The notes beneath the pieces are model-generated. The model was not told the origin of the DNA and ran no database searches. It saw nothing but the letters and a program-made list of their open reading frames with translations. Below are positions 29,787 through 39,772 of a DNA stretch of 64,000 nt, piece after piece. A program made the position numbers and the translations under genes. Every line of letters starts with the position of its first letter. Position 1 is the first letter of the stretch. This DNA is from Myxococcales bacterium. Its GTDB lineage: Bacteria > Myxococcota_A > Polyangia > Haliangiales > SHYZ01. The DNA lies in the NCBI GenBank assembly GCA_009692535.1, contig SHYZ01000001.1:15360-79359 (forward strand), read 5' to 3'.

Positions 29787-30518
29787 ATGACCGCCTCGCT
29801 CAGTCTTGTTGGCCAGTCCGGCCGCCTTATGGCGGCACTGCTCTTTGCCTTCGCGGTCGCGCTCCTCCCGGCCTCCGCTTCGGCGCAACCTGTGGAGCCC
29901 CCGACCGGCGCCAAGGCTCCCGAAGCCGACCCGCCAGAGGTGGCGTCGGCCGACACGACCGCGCCGGCCGGTGCCCCCGAGACAGCGTCGGCGAACATCC
30001 GGTTGCGTCGGCTCGAGCAGCGGGTGCAGGCGCTCAAGGAGCAGGCTTGGCGCATCAAGGCCCGCGTCGGCATGCTCAAGGAGGCGGTCCTCGGCGGCAG
30101 CATCGGCGCGCGCGCATCGATCGCGCATGAGAACAAAATGGGCGGCTCGTTCCGTCTCGTGAAGCTCGTCTACGCGCTCGACGGCACCCAGATCTTCTCG
30201 CGCACCGATGACAGCGGGAAGCTGCACGACCAAAAGCGCTTCGACATTCTCTCGGGGCCGATCGCGCCGGGCAACCACACGTTGTCGGTGCTGCTGCTCT
30301 ACCGCGGCCACGGCTACGGCGTGTTCGAGTACCTCAAGCAGTACAAGTTCACGGTGCGCTCGAGCCACACCGTCGTCATCGCCGAGGGGAAGCAGACCCA
30401 GGTGACCGTCGTCGGCTATGAGCGCGGCGGCGTCACGACTCCGCTCGAAAAGCGCCCCGCCGTCGACTTCAAGGTCAACTACGCGACCGACCGTCCCGCC
30501 GGCGCCAAGGGGAGGTAG
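29787..30518 (+). CDS. Secreted protein (coiled-coil segment + beta-rich domain), first gene of the Glt/Nfs-like operon
   Basis: Signal peptide MAALLFAFAVALLPASASA/QP and a heptad-like segment RLRRLEQRVQALKEQAWRIKARV. The stop overlaps the next GTG start by 1 nt. Confidence 0.65.
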   Translation: MTASLSLVGQSGRLMAALLFAFAVALLPASASAQPVEPPTGAKAPEADPPEVASADTTAPAGAPETASANIRLRRLEQRVQALKEQAWRIKARVGMLKEAVLGGSIGARASIAHENKMGGSFRLVKLVYALDGTQIFSRTDDSGKLHDQKRFDILSGPIAPGNHTLSVLLLYRGHGYGVFEYLKQYKFTVRSSHTVVIAEGKQTQVTVVGYERGGVTTPLEKRPAVDFKVNYATDRPAGAKGR

Positions 30519-33019
30519 TGCAGGCGCGACCCCACGTACGCACCGTCGCGCAGTCGACGGGCTTCGCGACCTTGGTCGCGACGGGCGGCGTGACGCGCCT
30601 TGCATCGTTGGGCGCGACGGGCCTCGCGACGCTGGTCGCCTTTGGGCTCGCCACGCTTTTCGCCGGCACCGCGCATGGCGACGCTTCCAACGCGATCGCC
30701 CGCAAGGTGCTCGCGCTCGAAGCCGACGCGCAAAACCTCGAGGACGGACTCTCCGCGCCGCTGGTCGACCGCTCCGGCGAGGACGAGGTGTCGCGGCGCT
30801 TCATCGAGGCCGAGGTCGCGTACGAGACCGGCAACTACGAGGACGCGTCGCTGCTGCTGTTCGACATCGTCGAGAAGCACAAGGGCTACCGCCGCTACCG
30901 ACAGGCGGTGTTCTATCTCGCCGACTCGCTGTTCCAGAAGCGGGACTACATCACTGCGCGCGAGGGCTTTCGTCGCCTGGTCTACGAGCGCGGTCCCGAG
31001 GACGTGCTCTATGCGCGCGCGCTTGAGCGATTGCTCGAGCTGTCGCTCGCGCTCAAGGACGACACCGACGTGCCCGACGTGCTCACACGACTCGGGCGGA
31101 TTCCCGAGGGGCAACAGCTGCCCTCGGCGCCGTACATCCGCGGCAAGTACGAGTATTTCCGCGGCAACCATGACACCGCGATCACCTCGCTCGAGCTCAT
31201 CCCGCGCTCGTCGCAGTACTACATCCGGGCGCGTTACTTTCTCGGCGGCAGCCATGTCGCCAAGGCGTACGACGCGAGTCGCGACAACCTGATCGCGCCG
31301 GAGTCGCTCGCCGCCGCCGCCAAGATCTTCCACGAGCTGGTGCAGGAGTCGGCGAAGACCAAGAACGATCAGCACATCCTCGAGCTGGCGCACCTCACGC
31401 TCGGCGAGATTCACTACGCGCGAGAGCAGCCGGCGGAGGCGATTCAGGAGTACCTCGCGATCTCCCGGCGCTCGCCGCTGTTCCCGACCGCGCTGATCGA
31501 GGTCACGCACGTCTACGTGCAGGCGCGGGACTTCGCCAAGGCGCTGCGCGCGCTCGAGTTACTCGAGATGGCCACCGGCTCGGCCTGCGACAAGAAGGAC
31601 GACAAGATCCCGGCCGCGCTGGTGCAACCCGACCTCTGCATCCTCAAGGGGAACCTCTCGATCCGGAAGGCGCAGGCACAAGCGCAGATCGCCGAGTCGG
31701 GCATCGAGGCGTACCGCAACGCGATGGCGATCTTCTCGACCACGCGCGACGTGTTCGAGAAGCCGCGCAAGCACCTCGAGGAGCTGCTCGCGAAGAACCA
31801 CGACCCGAAGCAGTTTTTCGCCCAGGTCACCGATGAGAATCCGACGGTCTTCGATGTCGACAGCGACCTGTTTCAGGTGGCGCGACGGTATGTGCGCGAG
31901 GAGGCCGAGGTCGGTCGCGTCGTGCATGTGACGACCGACCTCGTGAAGATCCGCGCCGAGCTGACCGAGGCCCGGCTGATGCTCGATCGACTCGACCGCA
32001 CGGTGCAGTCGGAGTCGCGCGTGCAAGTCTTCCCGAGCCTCGCGCGGCTGCGTGAGCGCGCGAACGACCTCGTCTCGTCGGCAGTCGGCCTGCGGCAGCA
32101 GGTGGTGGTCGCGACCAGCGCGCTCATCGCGAAGTACGCAGATGCGGCCGAGCGCGCCGAGCACGCCAAGCTGCTCGCCGCGCGGCAGACGATCACGAAG
32201 GAGCTCGGGCTCATCCGTGGCGACACGGCCTCGTCGGCCGACCGGATCAAGAAGGCGCGCTCGCGCTACTCGACCCTCGACAGCCACGCCAACGAGCTGG
32301 AGGTCTTCGTCGGCAGCCTCGAGGCGGAGATCGTCGCGATCGACAAGTTCTACCGCGACACCAAGGGAAACGAGCGCTACCCACAGGATCAGTTCGACCG
32401 CGACCTGCACGACATCCGCGAGCTCGTCGTCGCGTTGCAGAAGGAACTCGAGACGCTCCGCCGCGAGTCCGCGATGGGCGCCGATCAAGCCGGCACCGGC
32501 GACGAACTCGCCGCCGAGGACCGGAACCTCGAGGGCCGGCTCGACCGCACGCTGCGCGAGGAGGGCGCTCTCACGCGACGGCTGCTCGGGCGCATGAGAT
32601 CCAGCGATCGCGCGCGCGCCGAGCAACTGCTCGAATTGCTCGACCGGCTCGACGGTGTCGACGCGATCGTCGCGCGGGCGAACACCCGGATCGATCGCGT
32701 GCTCGACTCCGAATTGGCCGAGGTCAAGACGCTCATCGTCGAGGAGCAGGCGCGCGTGACGACCTACCAGAAGGAACTCGCGGCCACTGAGGCGGAGAAC
32801 CTCGACCTCGGCTCGCGCGTGATCTACTCGTCGTTCCAGAGCGTGTCGAAGCGCTTCTACGACATCACGGTGCGCGCCGATGTCGGCATGGTCGACGTGG
32901 GCTGGGCGCGACGCGAAGAGGCGGAGGGCGCGTACACGAAGGTGCAGTCGGACTCGGCGCGCGAGAAGCGGCTGCTGCGAAATGACTTCAAGGACGTGCT
33001 CGAGGAGGTGGGCCAGTGA
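30518..33019 (+). CDS. Periplasmic TPR + long coiled-coil protein (GltC/NfsC-like position)
   Basis: 833 aa with an N-terminal hydrophobic segment. TPR-like repeats include YETGNYEDASLLLFDIV and YYIRARYFLGGSHVAK. The C-terminal ~450 aa is heptad-rich. There is a GTGA overlap with the next gene. Confidence 0.7.
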   Translation: MQARPHVRTVAQSTGFATLVATGGVTRLASLGATGLATLVAFGLATLFAGTAHGDASNAIARKVLALEADAQNLEDGLSAPLVDRSGEDEVSRRFIEAEVAYETGNYEDASLLLFDIVEKHKGYRRYRQAVFYLADSLFQKRDYITAREGFRRLVYERGPEDVLYARALERLLELSLALKDDTDVPDVLTRLGRIPEGQQLPSAPYIRGKYEYFRGNHDTAITSLELIPRSSQYYIRARYFLGGSHVAKAYDASRDNLIAPESLAAAAKIFHELVQESAKTKNDQHILELAHLTLGEIHYAREQPAEAIQEYLAISRRSPLFPTALIEVTHVYVQARDFAKALRALELLEMATGSACDKKDDKIPAALVQPDLCILKGNLSIRKAQAQAQIAESGIEAYRNAMAIFSTTRDVFEKPRKHLEELLAKNHDPKQFFAQVTDENPTVFDVDSDLFQVARRYVREEAEVGRVVHVTTDLVKIRAELTEARLMLDRLDRTVQSESRVQVFPSLARLRERANDLVSSAVGLRQQVVVATSALIAKYADAAERAEHAKLLAARQTITKELGLIRGDTASSADRIKKARSRYSTLDSHANELEVFVGSLEAEIVAIDKFYRDTKGNERYPQDQFDRDLHDIRELVVALQKELETLRRESAMGADQAGTGDELAAEDRNLEGRLDRTLREEGALTRRLLGRMRSSDRARAEQLLELLDRLDGVDAIVARANTRIDRVLDSELAEVKTLIVEEQARVTTYQKELAATEAENLDLGSRVIYSSFQSVSKRFYDITVRADVGMVDVGWARREEAEGAYTKVQSDSAREKRLLRNDFKDVLEEVGQ

Positions 33020-36000
33020 GCCGCGCGCACAGGCTTCCCGTCGCGCTGCTCACGCTCGCGCTCACCGCCGGCGGCGCGCTGATGTCGTCACGCGGCCCGC
33101 ACGCCAACCCGCTGCCGCCGCGCGCCCCGGCCGACTCGGACGCGCTGCTCCAGCAACTCAACGAGCACGAGGCCGACGCGCTCCGCTACGAGACGCTCTC
33201 CGTCGAGCACCTGGCGCGGCTGCGCGAGCTCCTCGCCCGCGAGTACACCAAACGCAACCGCGCGATCAACGAACGGCACCGCAAGACGTGCGGACTCTCC
33301 AACGACGACTACCGCAAGCGGCACACCGAGGGGATGGCGCTGCTCGAGGACTTCCTCGTGCGCTATCCCGACGACGCCAAGTGGACTCCCGACGTAATGT
33401 TCCGGCTCGCGGAGCTGCACACCGACGAAGCGGGCATCAAATACGACCTCGCCGTTGGCCAGCGCCCCTGCTCCGATCTCGAGGAGGCCGCTGCCGCCGA
33501 GCCTGCCGAGGGCGACGGGCCGAGTGGGCCGGACTACACCAAGGCGATCGACCTCTACCGCGAGATCGTACGGCGCTGGCCGAGCTACCGACAGATCGAC
33601 TTTGTGCTCTACGCGCTGGCGTACTACCAGGGCAAGCAGCCGAGCGACGACAGCATCGTGCAGGAACGGAACGCTGCGCGCGCCGAGCTCGCGCACCAGG
33701 CGCTCATCTGTTTCAACAAGTCGGTGCGGACGTGCCGCGTCTACCGCGGGGCCCCCCTGACCTGCTCACAGACGAGCTGGTTCAGCGGTGTCTTGGTGAT
33801 GGAGCAGGACGGCGCGTTCCGGCAGTGCCGCGTGAACACCGGGGATCCGACGACCTGCGGCATGCCACTGACCGGGCAGGCCGTAGCGCTGCACGACGGG
33901 CGCTATCGCAACTGTCAATTCGTCGACGGCAAGCCGATGAGCTGCGACGGTGGCGCGTCGGGATCCTTCCCGGTGTCGCTCGACGCAATCGCCGAGCCGC
34001 CGCTCGACCTCGACGTCTGCTCGTCGCGCCAACTCGCGCGCGGTGCGCTGGTCGACGACTACCTCGCGGTCGACGAGGCCGGGGACCCGGTCTGCCTCAA
34101 GCAGAACCCCTGCTCGACAAACAACCCGTTTGCGCCGCTTGCGGACATCTACGCCGGCTGCACGCCCGCCCGCGCCGGCTCGACGCTGGTCGACGAGGTC
34201 TGGCTGCGCGTGGGCGAGTCGCACTTCTTCGGACGCTGCGAGCTGCCGCAGGCCGCGGCCGCCTACGGGCGCGTTGCGCGTGAGGACTCGGAGTACTTCG
34301 ACGCCGCGCTCTATCCGCTCGGCTGGACCTACTACCGCCTGAACCGCTACGCGAAGGCGCTCGAGTACTTCGATCGCTACGTTAAACTCTCCGACAAGCT
34401 CGAGACCGAGACGGGGGAGGGCTTCGCCTTCCGCGACCAGGCGGTGAAGTACCTCGCGATCTCGTTCTCGGATGCCTGGCCGGATCCCGATCCGGCACGC
34501 TCCGAGTCGAGCCCCAACCCGGCGAGCGCGCTTCGGCGCATCCAGCCATTCTACGCGGCGCGGCTCACAGAACGGCACGTGCGCGATGTCTACGAGGAGC
34601 TCGGCGACACGATCCTCTCGAACTCGGGACGGCCGGCCTCGGACAACATCATGACGTCGGACATGGAGTTCGGCTTCCGCAAGTCGGTTGAGTCCTGGCG
34701 CGTCGCGCTCACCAATTGGCCAATCCACAAGCGCAACCCGATCGTCCACAAGAAGGTCGTCGACGCGCTCGGCACGATCGTCGCCGCCGCACGCAAGGAC
34801 GAGCAGACCGCCACCGAGACGCTGGCCACGGCGACGACGCCAGCCGGGCGCGCCACCGCGCAGGAGGAACTCACCGCCGCGCAGGCCAAGGTGCGCAGCG
34901 CCACCGACGACGAGGTCGGCGAGCGGCAGCGGATCGCCGACCTCTATCGCGAGGGGGGCACCTGGTACGCGTCGAACGTGATGGACCGCGAGGCGATGGC
35001 GATCGCGCGCTCGCTCGCAGAAGACTCGCTCAAGCAGGCCGCCCTCGAGGTGAACCGCAAGGCCAAGGGCGAGCGCGAGGCGTGGGAAGCGCCGATCCGT
35101 GCGCGGCTCGAGCAGGCGGTGACCCTCGCAGCGGGTGGGCAGGCTGCGCTGCGCGCGATGAGTGGCGGGGAGATCGCTGCGCTCAAGGAGACCGTCGAGG
35201 AGCAGTTCGACAGCGAGCGGATGCGGCTGCAGGATGACCCGGGTCGCCGTGCCTACCAGAAGACCTATCTCGCGGCGGCTTCGATGTACCAGCGCTTCGT
35301 CGAGACCTACCCGACCTCGGCCGACGTGGCGCAGTTCACGTTCAACATGGCCGGCTGCTTCTTCTTTGCCGACAAATTCGACGACGCGATCGCCAACTAC
35401 CGCTGGGTGCGCGATGCGCGCGCGCTGGTCGAGCCGGCGGTCTGGGAGGACGCGGTGCGCCGCGTCGTCGAGTCGCGCCGGCTCGCCGTGGCGCAGCAAC
35501 TCGCGCGACGCCGCGACTGCGAGCAGACGCTCACGTCGCAAGGCGCGACCGCCGCGATCGCGGGCGAGCGTTGCGCGGGCTTCCTCGAGCAGCCGGCCGA
35601 TCTCACCGCGACCAGCCTGAAGGAGTGCCCGAGCGCGGTAGCCAACGCGATCACCTCGGTCGCCGAGACCGCCGACGGTGTCGAGGTCACGGTCCGCGCG
35701 CCCGATGACCAGGGTGCAGACGACATTCGGGTGCGGTCGCGCAAGCTCGCCGATCGGGCGTCGACCAGCGACCTGCAGGCGCAGGATCCCGCGACCACCG
35801 GCAAGTGCCCCATCGTGGTGGCCGGCACCACCGTCACCGTTACCGACATCGAGGGCGGCGCCACGCTTGCCGTCAGGCCGCTCGATCCGACCAAACTCGG
35901 GCTGCTCCGGCTGGTCTCGCGTCCGCTCGCGATCCCGCAGGAGGTGCCGCCGCTCTACGCCGACCTGCAGGGCGCGTATGACGAGTACGCGCAGTTCGTC

Positions 36001-38037
36001 CCGAACAATCCGGCCGCGGCCGAGTTCGCGCTCAAGGCGGCGATGATCGCCTACCGCCATATGCACCTCGACGGTCCCGGCGGCGCGGTCGAGCGCTTCC
36101 GCAAGATTGTCGGGCCGGCCGAGGCAGGCGGGTTCTGCAAGAGCGAAGAGGCCGTGCAGGCGAAGGAGGGTCTCCTCGTCGTCTACGCCTCGCGCGGCCA
36201 GAATGATCTCTACTTCAAGACCAACGAGGCGTTCGCTTCCGCCGCGTGCGGCGCGAGCGAAGACGACGCGCGCGTCGCACGTCAGGACAACGCGTCGCGT
36301 GAGTTCAACCTCGCGGTCGATCAACTCGACGAGGCGCTCACGATCAAGGAAGCAGGCAACGCGCTCTTGCGTCAGGGGATGCAGACCGAGGCGCAGGAAA
36401 AGTTCAAGGCGTCGCAGGAGCGCTTCCTCGCCGCAGCGCAGGCGTTCTACACGCTCTACGCCTGCCAGCGTCGCGAGGCCGGGAAGTGCCTGCCAATGTC
36501 GAACGACGATCCCGGCAAGGCGTACGCGCTCTACGCCTCGGCGACCGCGTACACCGAGGGCGGTCGGCCCAAGACCGGCATCGCGCTCTACCAGGTGCTG
36601 CTCACCGAGCAGCGCGCCTCCACGTTCTACGTCGAGTCGGTCTTCTATGTAGCGAAGGCGCACGAGGCCTCGTTCGACTTTAAGCGCGCCGGCGATCTCT
36701 ACCTCGAGTTCTTCAAGATCGCGTCCGGCCCGTCGCCAAACTTCCGCCGTCGCAACATGCGCGGCGAGCCCAGCTACGATCAGGACAAGCGCTCCGACCC
36801 CGGCTTCGACCTGCCGACCTTCAAGCTCGACTCGCTCTACAACGCCGCGCTGATGCGCGAGCTCGATCGCGACTATCGCGGCGCCGTGGACCTCTACCGC
36901 CAGTACGCGAGCGCGCCCGGCTCCGATCAGACCCGTGGCAGCGAGGCCTTCCTCCGCATCGCCGGCATCTACGAAAAGAACGGCGCGTACGACGACATGG
37001 TGAACGCCTTCGCCGCGTGGCGCCGGAACTACGTCCCCGATCCGGCCGACGGCAAGGTGCGCCTCAACTGGGTGCGCTCCTTCCACCTCGTCTCCACCGG
37101 CGTCGGCGGCAAGAAGGCCAAGGACCAGGCCGCAGCACAGCGCCGCACGATCGACGCGTTCTTCGAGGCGTACGGCCGCAAGCCCGACGGCGACGCCGAC
37201 GAGGAGAACGACGAGCCCGGGACGGTCCCGACCGGCGCCGAGCGCCTCGCGCGCGAGTGGGCCGGCGAGGCGCAGTACCGCCTCTCGACACGGGCGGCCG
37301 CGGGCGGCATCGCAAAGTTCAAGTTCAAGTGGGCCGGGAAGATCATCCCCGACGGCAAGCGCGTCACGCCCGAGCTCGCACGCGCCAACTACGACGCCTC
37401 CATCTCCGCGCTCATGGCGACGAACGCCACGACCCTCAGGGAGTACTTCAAGGTGCTCCGCTTCTCGAGCACCTGGGGCCTCTCGGCCAAGGTCGCGATT
37501 GGCGACACCTCGTTCATGGCGGGCCAGAAGCTGGTCGACACGCCGCTGCCTGACGAGGTCGTGCGCTTCGCGAAAGAGAACCCCGACGTCGACGTCGAGG
37601 CGCTGTTCCGTGAGCGCTTCGAGTGCGTCGCGTCGACAGACTTCTGGGACCCCGACGACCTCGAGCGCCAAAAGTTTTGCGGCTGCTCGAACGAGCGATT
37701 CCAGGGGCGCGGCGACACTTGCGAGGCCGAGCTCGGCGTCCTCACCGAGCAGGATCGCGACGGCGACAAGCGGGTCGACTACCTCGATGACGACGCCGAC
37801 GGCAACGGCGAGAACGACGTGGCCGGCGCGCTCTCACGTGGCGAGCCGAAGCCGCGGCGCAAGGGTTACTATCCGTACGGTGCCAAGCGGTTCTGGTCGG
37901 AGGTCGTCGCCGACGCCAAAGAGGTCGGCATCGCCAACGAGTTCACGCGCCACGCGGAAGAGCAGCTGAACCTGCTCGACCCGGAGAAGTACCCGGTCCA
38001 GCGTGCGGTGATCACCGAGCCGGTGCTCGAGCCGTAA
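33016..38037 (+). CDS. Giant periplasmic TPR-repeat protein (GltD/AgmU / NfsD-like)
   Basis: 1673 aa with signal peptide LLTLALTAGGALMS. TPR-like helical repeats run throughout (YALAYYQG, WTYYRLNRYAKALEYFDRYV, FNMAGCFFFADKFDDAIANYRWV, YNAALMRELDRDYRGAVDLYRQY). The antisense 1301-aa ORF is low-complexity R/G/A/V. Confidence 0.75.
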   Translation: MSRAHRLPVALLTLALTAGGALMSSRGPHANPLPPRAPADSDALLQQLNEHEADALRYETLSVEHLARLRELLAREYTKRNRAINERHRKTCGLSNDDYRKRHTEGMALLEDFLVRYPDDAKWTPDVMFRLAELHTDEAGIKYDLAVGQRPCSDLEEAAAAEPAEGDGPSGPDYTKAIDLYREIVRRWPSYRQIDFVLYALAYYQGKQPSDDSIVQERNAARAELAHQALICFNKSVRTCRVYRGAPLTCSQTSWFSGVLVMEQDGAFRQCRVNTGDPTTCGMPLTGQAVALHDGRYRNCQFVDGKPMSCDGGASGSFPVSLDAIAEPPLDLDVCSSRQLARGALVDDYLAVDEAGDPVCLKQNPCSTNNPFAPLADIYAGCTPARAGSTLVDEVWLRVGESHFFGRCELPQAAAAYGRVAREDSEYFDAALYPLGWTYYRLNRYAKALEYFDRYVKLSDKLETETGEGFAFRDQAVKYLAISFSDAWPDPDPARSESSPNPASALRRIQPFYAARLTERHVRDVYEELGDTILSNSGRPASDNIMTSDMEFGFRKSVESWRVALTNWPIHKRNPIVHKKVVDALGTIVAAARKDEQTATETLATATTPAGRATAQEELTAAQAKVRSATDDEVGERQRIADLYREGGTWYASNVMDREAMAIARSLAEDSLKQAALEVNRKAKGEREAWEAPIRARLEQAVTLAAGGQAALRAMSGGEIAALKETVEEQFDSERMRLQDDPGRRAYQKTYLAAASMYQRFVETYPTSADVAQFTFNMAGCFFFADKFDDAIANYRWVRDARALVEPAVWEDAVRRVVESRRLAVAQQLARRRDCEQTLTSQGATAAIAGERCAGFLEQPADLTATSLKECPSAVANAITSVAETADGVEVTVRAPDDQGADDIRVRSRKLADRASTSDLQAQDPATTGKCPIVVAGTTVTVTDIEGGATLAVRPLDPTKLGLLRLVSRPLAIPQEVPPLYADLQGAYDEYAQFVPNNPAAAEFALKAAMIAYRHMHLDGPGGAVERFRKIVGPAEAGGFCKSEEAVQAKEGLLVVYASRGQNDLYFKTNEAFASAACGASEDDARVARQDNASREFNLAVDQLDEALTIKEAGNALLRQGMQTEAQEKFKASQERFLAAAQAFYTLYACQRREAGKCLPMSNDDPGKAYALYASATAYTEGGRPKTGIALYQVLLTEQRASTFYVESVFYVAKAHEASFDFKRAGDLYLEFFKIASGPSPNFRRRNMRGEPSYDQDKRSDPGFDLPTFKLDSLYNAALMRELDRDYRGAVDLYRQYASAPGSDQTRGSEAFLRIAGIYEKNGAYDDMVNAFAAWRRNYVPDPADGKVRLNWVRSFHLVSTGVGGKKAKDQAAAQRRTIDAFFEAYGRKPDGDADEENDEPGTVPTGAERLAREWAGEAQYRLSTRAAAGGIAKFKFKWAGKIIPDGKRVTPELARANYDASISALMATNATTLREYFKVLRFSSTWGLSAKVAIGDTSFMAGQKLVDTPLPDEVVRFAKENPDVDVEALFRERFECVASTDFWDPDDLERQKFCGCSNERFQGRGDTCEAELGVLTEQDRDGDKRVDYLDDDADGNGENDVAGALSRGEPKPRRKGYYPYGAKRFWSEVVADAKEVGIANEFTRHAEEQLNLLDPEKYPVQRAVITEPVLEP

Positions 38038-38066
38038 CGAGGCCGTAACGAAGCCATGACCAAGCC

Positions 38067-39419
38067 ATGACGACCTTTCCCATAATCACCAACGGCGCCC
38101 CACGAGATCGCAGCTCGCGGTCGTGCGTTCCCAACGCCGTGCCCCGCGCCTGCTTCGCCGCCCTGCTCGGAGCGCTGCTCGCCAGCGGCGGCAGCGTCGT
38201 CGGCACCGGCTGCGGCGGCAGCGGCGCAAAGGCCAAGCAGGCCCCGACCACGCCGGAGTCGTCGGGTGAGGTCACCTACGGGACGCTGCCCGACAAGGAC
38301 TCTGAAGCGGGCACCGACAAGCCCGCGCTGCCCGACCCGAGCGATGCCGTCGCCGAGGCGCCCGCCGAGCAGCCCGAGGCCGAACCCGCGGTCCCGGTCG
38401 AACCGCCCAAGCCCCCAGGCGAGGACCTCTCGGACGAAGAGAAGCAACAGCGCGTGACGCGCCACCTCGCCGAGGCGCGCCAGCACCTTCGACAGAAGAA
38501 CGCCGACGGGATGATCAGCGCCGCGCTCGCCACGCTCGATGTCGACCAGACCAGCGTCGAGGCGATGATCCTGCTCGGCCACGGCTACTTCCTCAAAGGG
38601 TGGGACGACAAGTCGCGCGCGGTCCTCGAGGAGGCGCTGCGCCGCCAGCCGGACCTCGCGGGCAACGACGCCAAGCTTTGGATGATCTTTGGCCTGCTCA
38701 TGAGCCGCGCCGGCCGTGAGGAGGAGTCGCTGCAGCTCTATGGCCGCGCGACGGAGAAGAACCCCGACTACACCGAGGCGTGGATCAACCGCGGCGTGAT
38801 CTACCTGCGGCGGAACGCCTTCCTCTACGTCGAGAACGGCGAGACGATCGGCGCGCTGCCGTCGTTCGAGCGTGCGAACGGGCTGCAGCTCGGCGCCGCG
38901 ATGACCGACGACGATCGCGCAGGCTGCCGCTGCAAGCAGGCCGCGACCTGCGCGCACCTCGGCGCGGCGTATCGCGGGGTATCGAGCCTGTCGGGCCAGC
39001 CGCGCGACGAGCTGCTGTTGCGCGCGGAGCGTTGCTTCAAGAACGCGATGACCGTGCGCTCGAACTACGCGCCAGCGTACTACGACGCTGGGCTGCTCTA
39101 CCTCGACGCCGAGCCGTACCCGGGGCTCGAGAAGAAGCCGCGGCTCGAGCGCGCGATGACGTACCTCAAACGCTACCGGGAGCTCGCCGGCATCACGACC
39201 GATGCCGCGCTGGTCGCCCGCGCAGACGAGTACCTCGTGACCGCGCAAAAGGAATGGGACAAGGAAGACAAGCTCGAGAAGCGCAAGAAGGAGCGCGACG
39301 AGAAGAAGCGCCAGCGCGATCTCAAGGACCAGGAGAAGGCGCGAGCGAAGGCGGCGGAGACGGCGCCTGAACCCTCTGGTGACGAGCCCGCCCCCGCGCC
39401 GGAAGGAACCGTTCAATGA
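38067..39419 (+). CDS. TPR lipoprotein with a charged K/E/R tail (GltE/AglT / NfsE-like)
   Basis: Lipobox VVGTGCGG. TPR repeats include ILLGHGYFLKGWDDKSRAVLEEAL, NPDYTEAWINRGVIYL and YYDAGLLYLD. The tail reads KEWDKEDKLEKRKKERDEKKRQRDLKDQEK. Confidence 0.75.
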   Translation: MTTFPIITNGAPRDRSSRSCVPNAVPRACFAALLGALLASGGSVVGTGCGGSGAKAKQAPTTPESSGEVTYGTLPDKDSEAGTDKPALPDPSDAVAEAPAEQPEAEPAVPVEPPKPPGEDLSDEEKQQRVTRHLAEARQHLRQKNADGMISAALATLDVDQTSVEAMILLGHGYFLKGWDDKSRAVLEEALRRQPDLAGNDAKLWMIFGLLMSRAGREEESLQLYGRATEKNPDYTEAWINRGVIYLRRNAFLYVENGETIGALPSFERANGLQLGAAMTDDDRAGCRCKQAATCAHLGAAYRGVSSLSGQPRDELLLRAERCFKNAMTVRSNYAPAYYDAGLLYLDAEPYPGLEKKPRLERAMTYLKRYRELAGITTDAALVARADEYLVTAQKEWDKEDKLEKRKKERDEKKRQRDLKDQEKARAKAAETAPEPSGDEPAPAPEGTVQ

Positions 39420-39763
39420 GGCAGCCCATGAACCGTCCCATGACAACGAAGCTGCTCTTTGCGCTCGCACTCACCGCGTCGCTCACCGTCGGGCTGGCGC
39501 TCATGGCACCGCGCGCTCACGCTCAGGCTGGCGACGGTGGCTGCAGCGACAATGCCGACACCGGCGGCAAGCGCAAGCTGCGGCAGGTGCGCATGGCCGA
39601 CGGCACCATCAAGATCCTCGACGCGCTGGCGATTTGTGGCAAGGCGCCCAAGCCTTCGGTGCTCTCGTACCTTCAGTCCGAATCGTTAAACTACGAGTGG
39701 GAGAACACCCGCCCGAACTTTCTGAAGAAGGTGCACGAGCACCTCTCGAAGAGCCCGTTCTAG
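39416..39763 (+). CDS. Small secreted protein (GltF/NfsF-like position)
   Basis: 115 aa. ATGA overlap with the upstream gene. Signal peptide LLFALALTASLTVGLALMAPRAHA/QA. Confidence 0.6.
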   Translation: MRQPMNRPMTTKLLFALALTASLTVGLALMAPRAHAQAGDGGCSDNADTGGKRKLRQVRMADGTIKILDALAICGKAPKPSVLSYLQSESLNYEWENTRPNFLKKVHEHLSKSPF

Positions 39764-39772
39764 GAGATCCGC

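Noticed and set aside
33766-37671. 1301-aa ORF antisense to the 1673-aa TPR gene
   Set aside because: Its composition is dominated by R/G/A/V/L/E low complexity with no recognisable motifs. It mirrors a sense-strand protein with clear TPR periodicity and a signal peptide. This is a typical high-GC shadow ORF.
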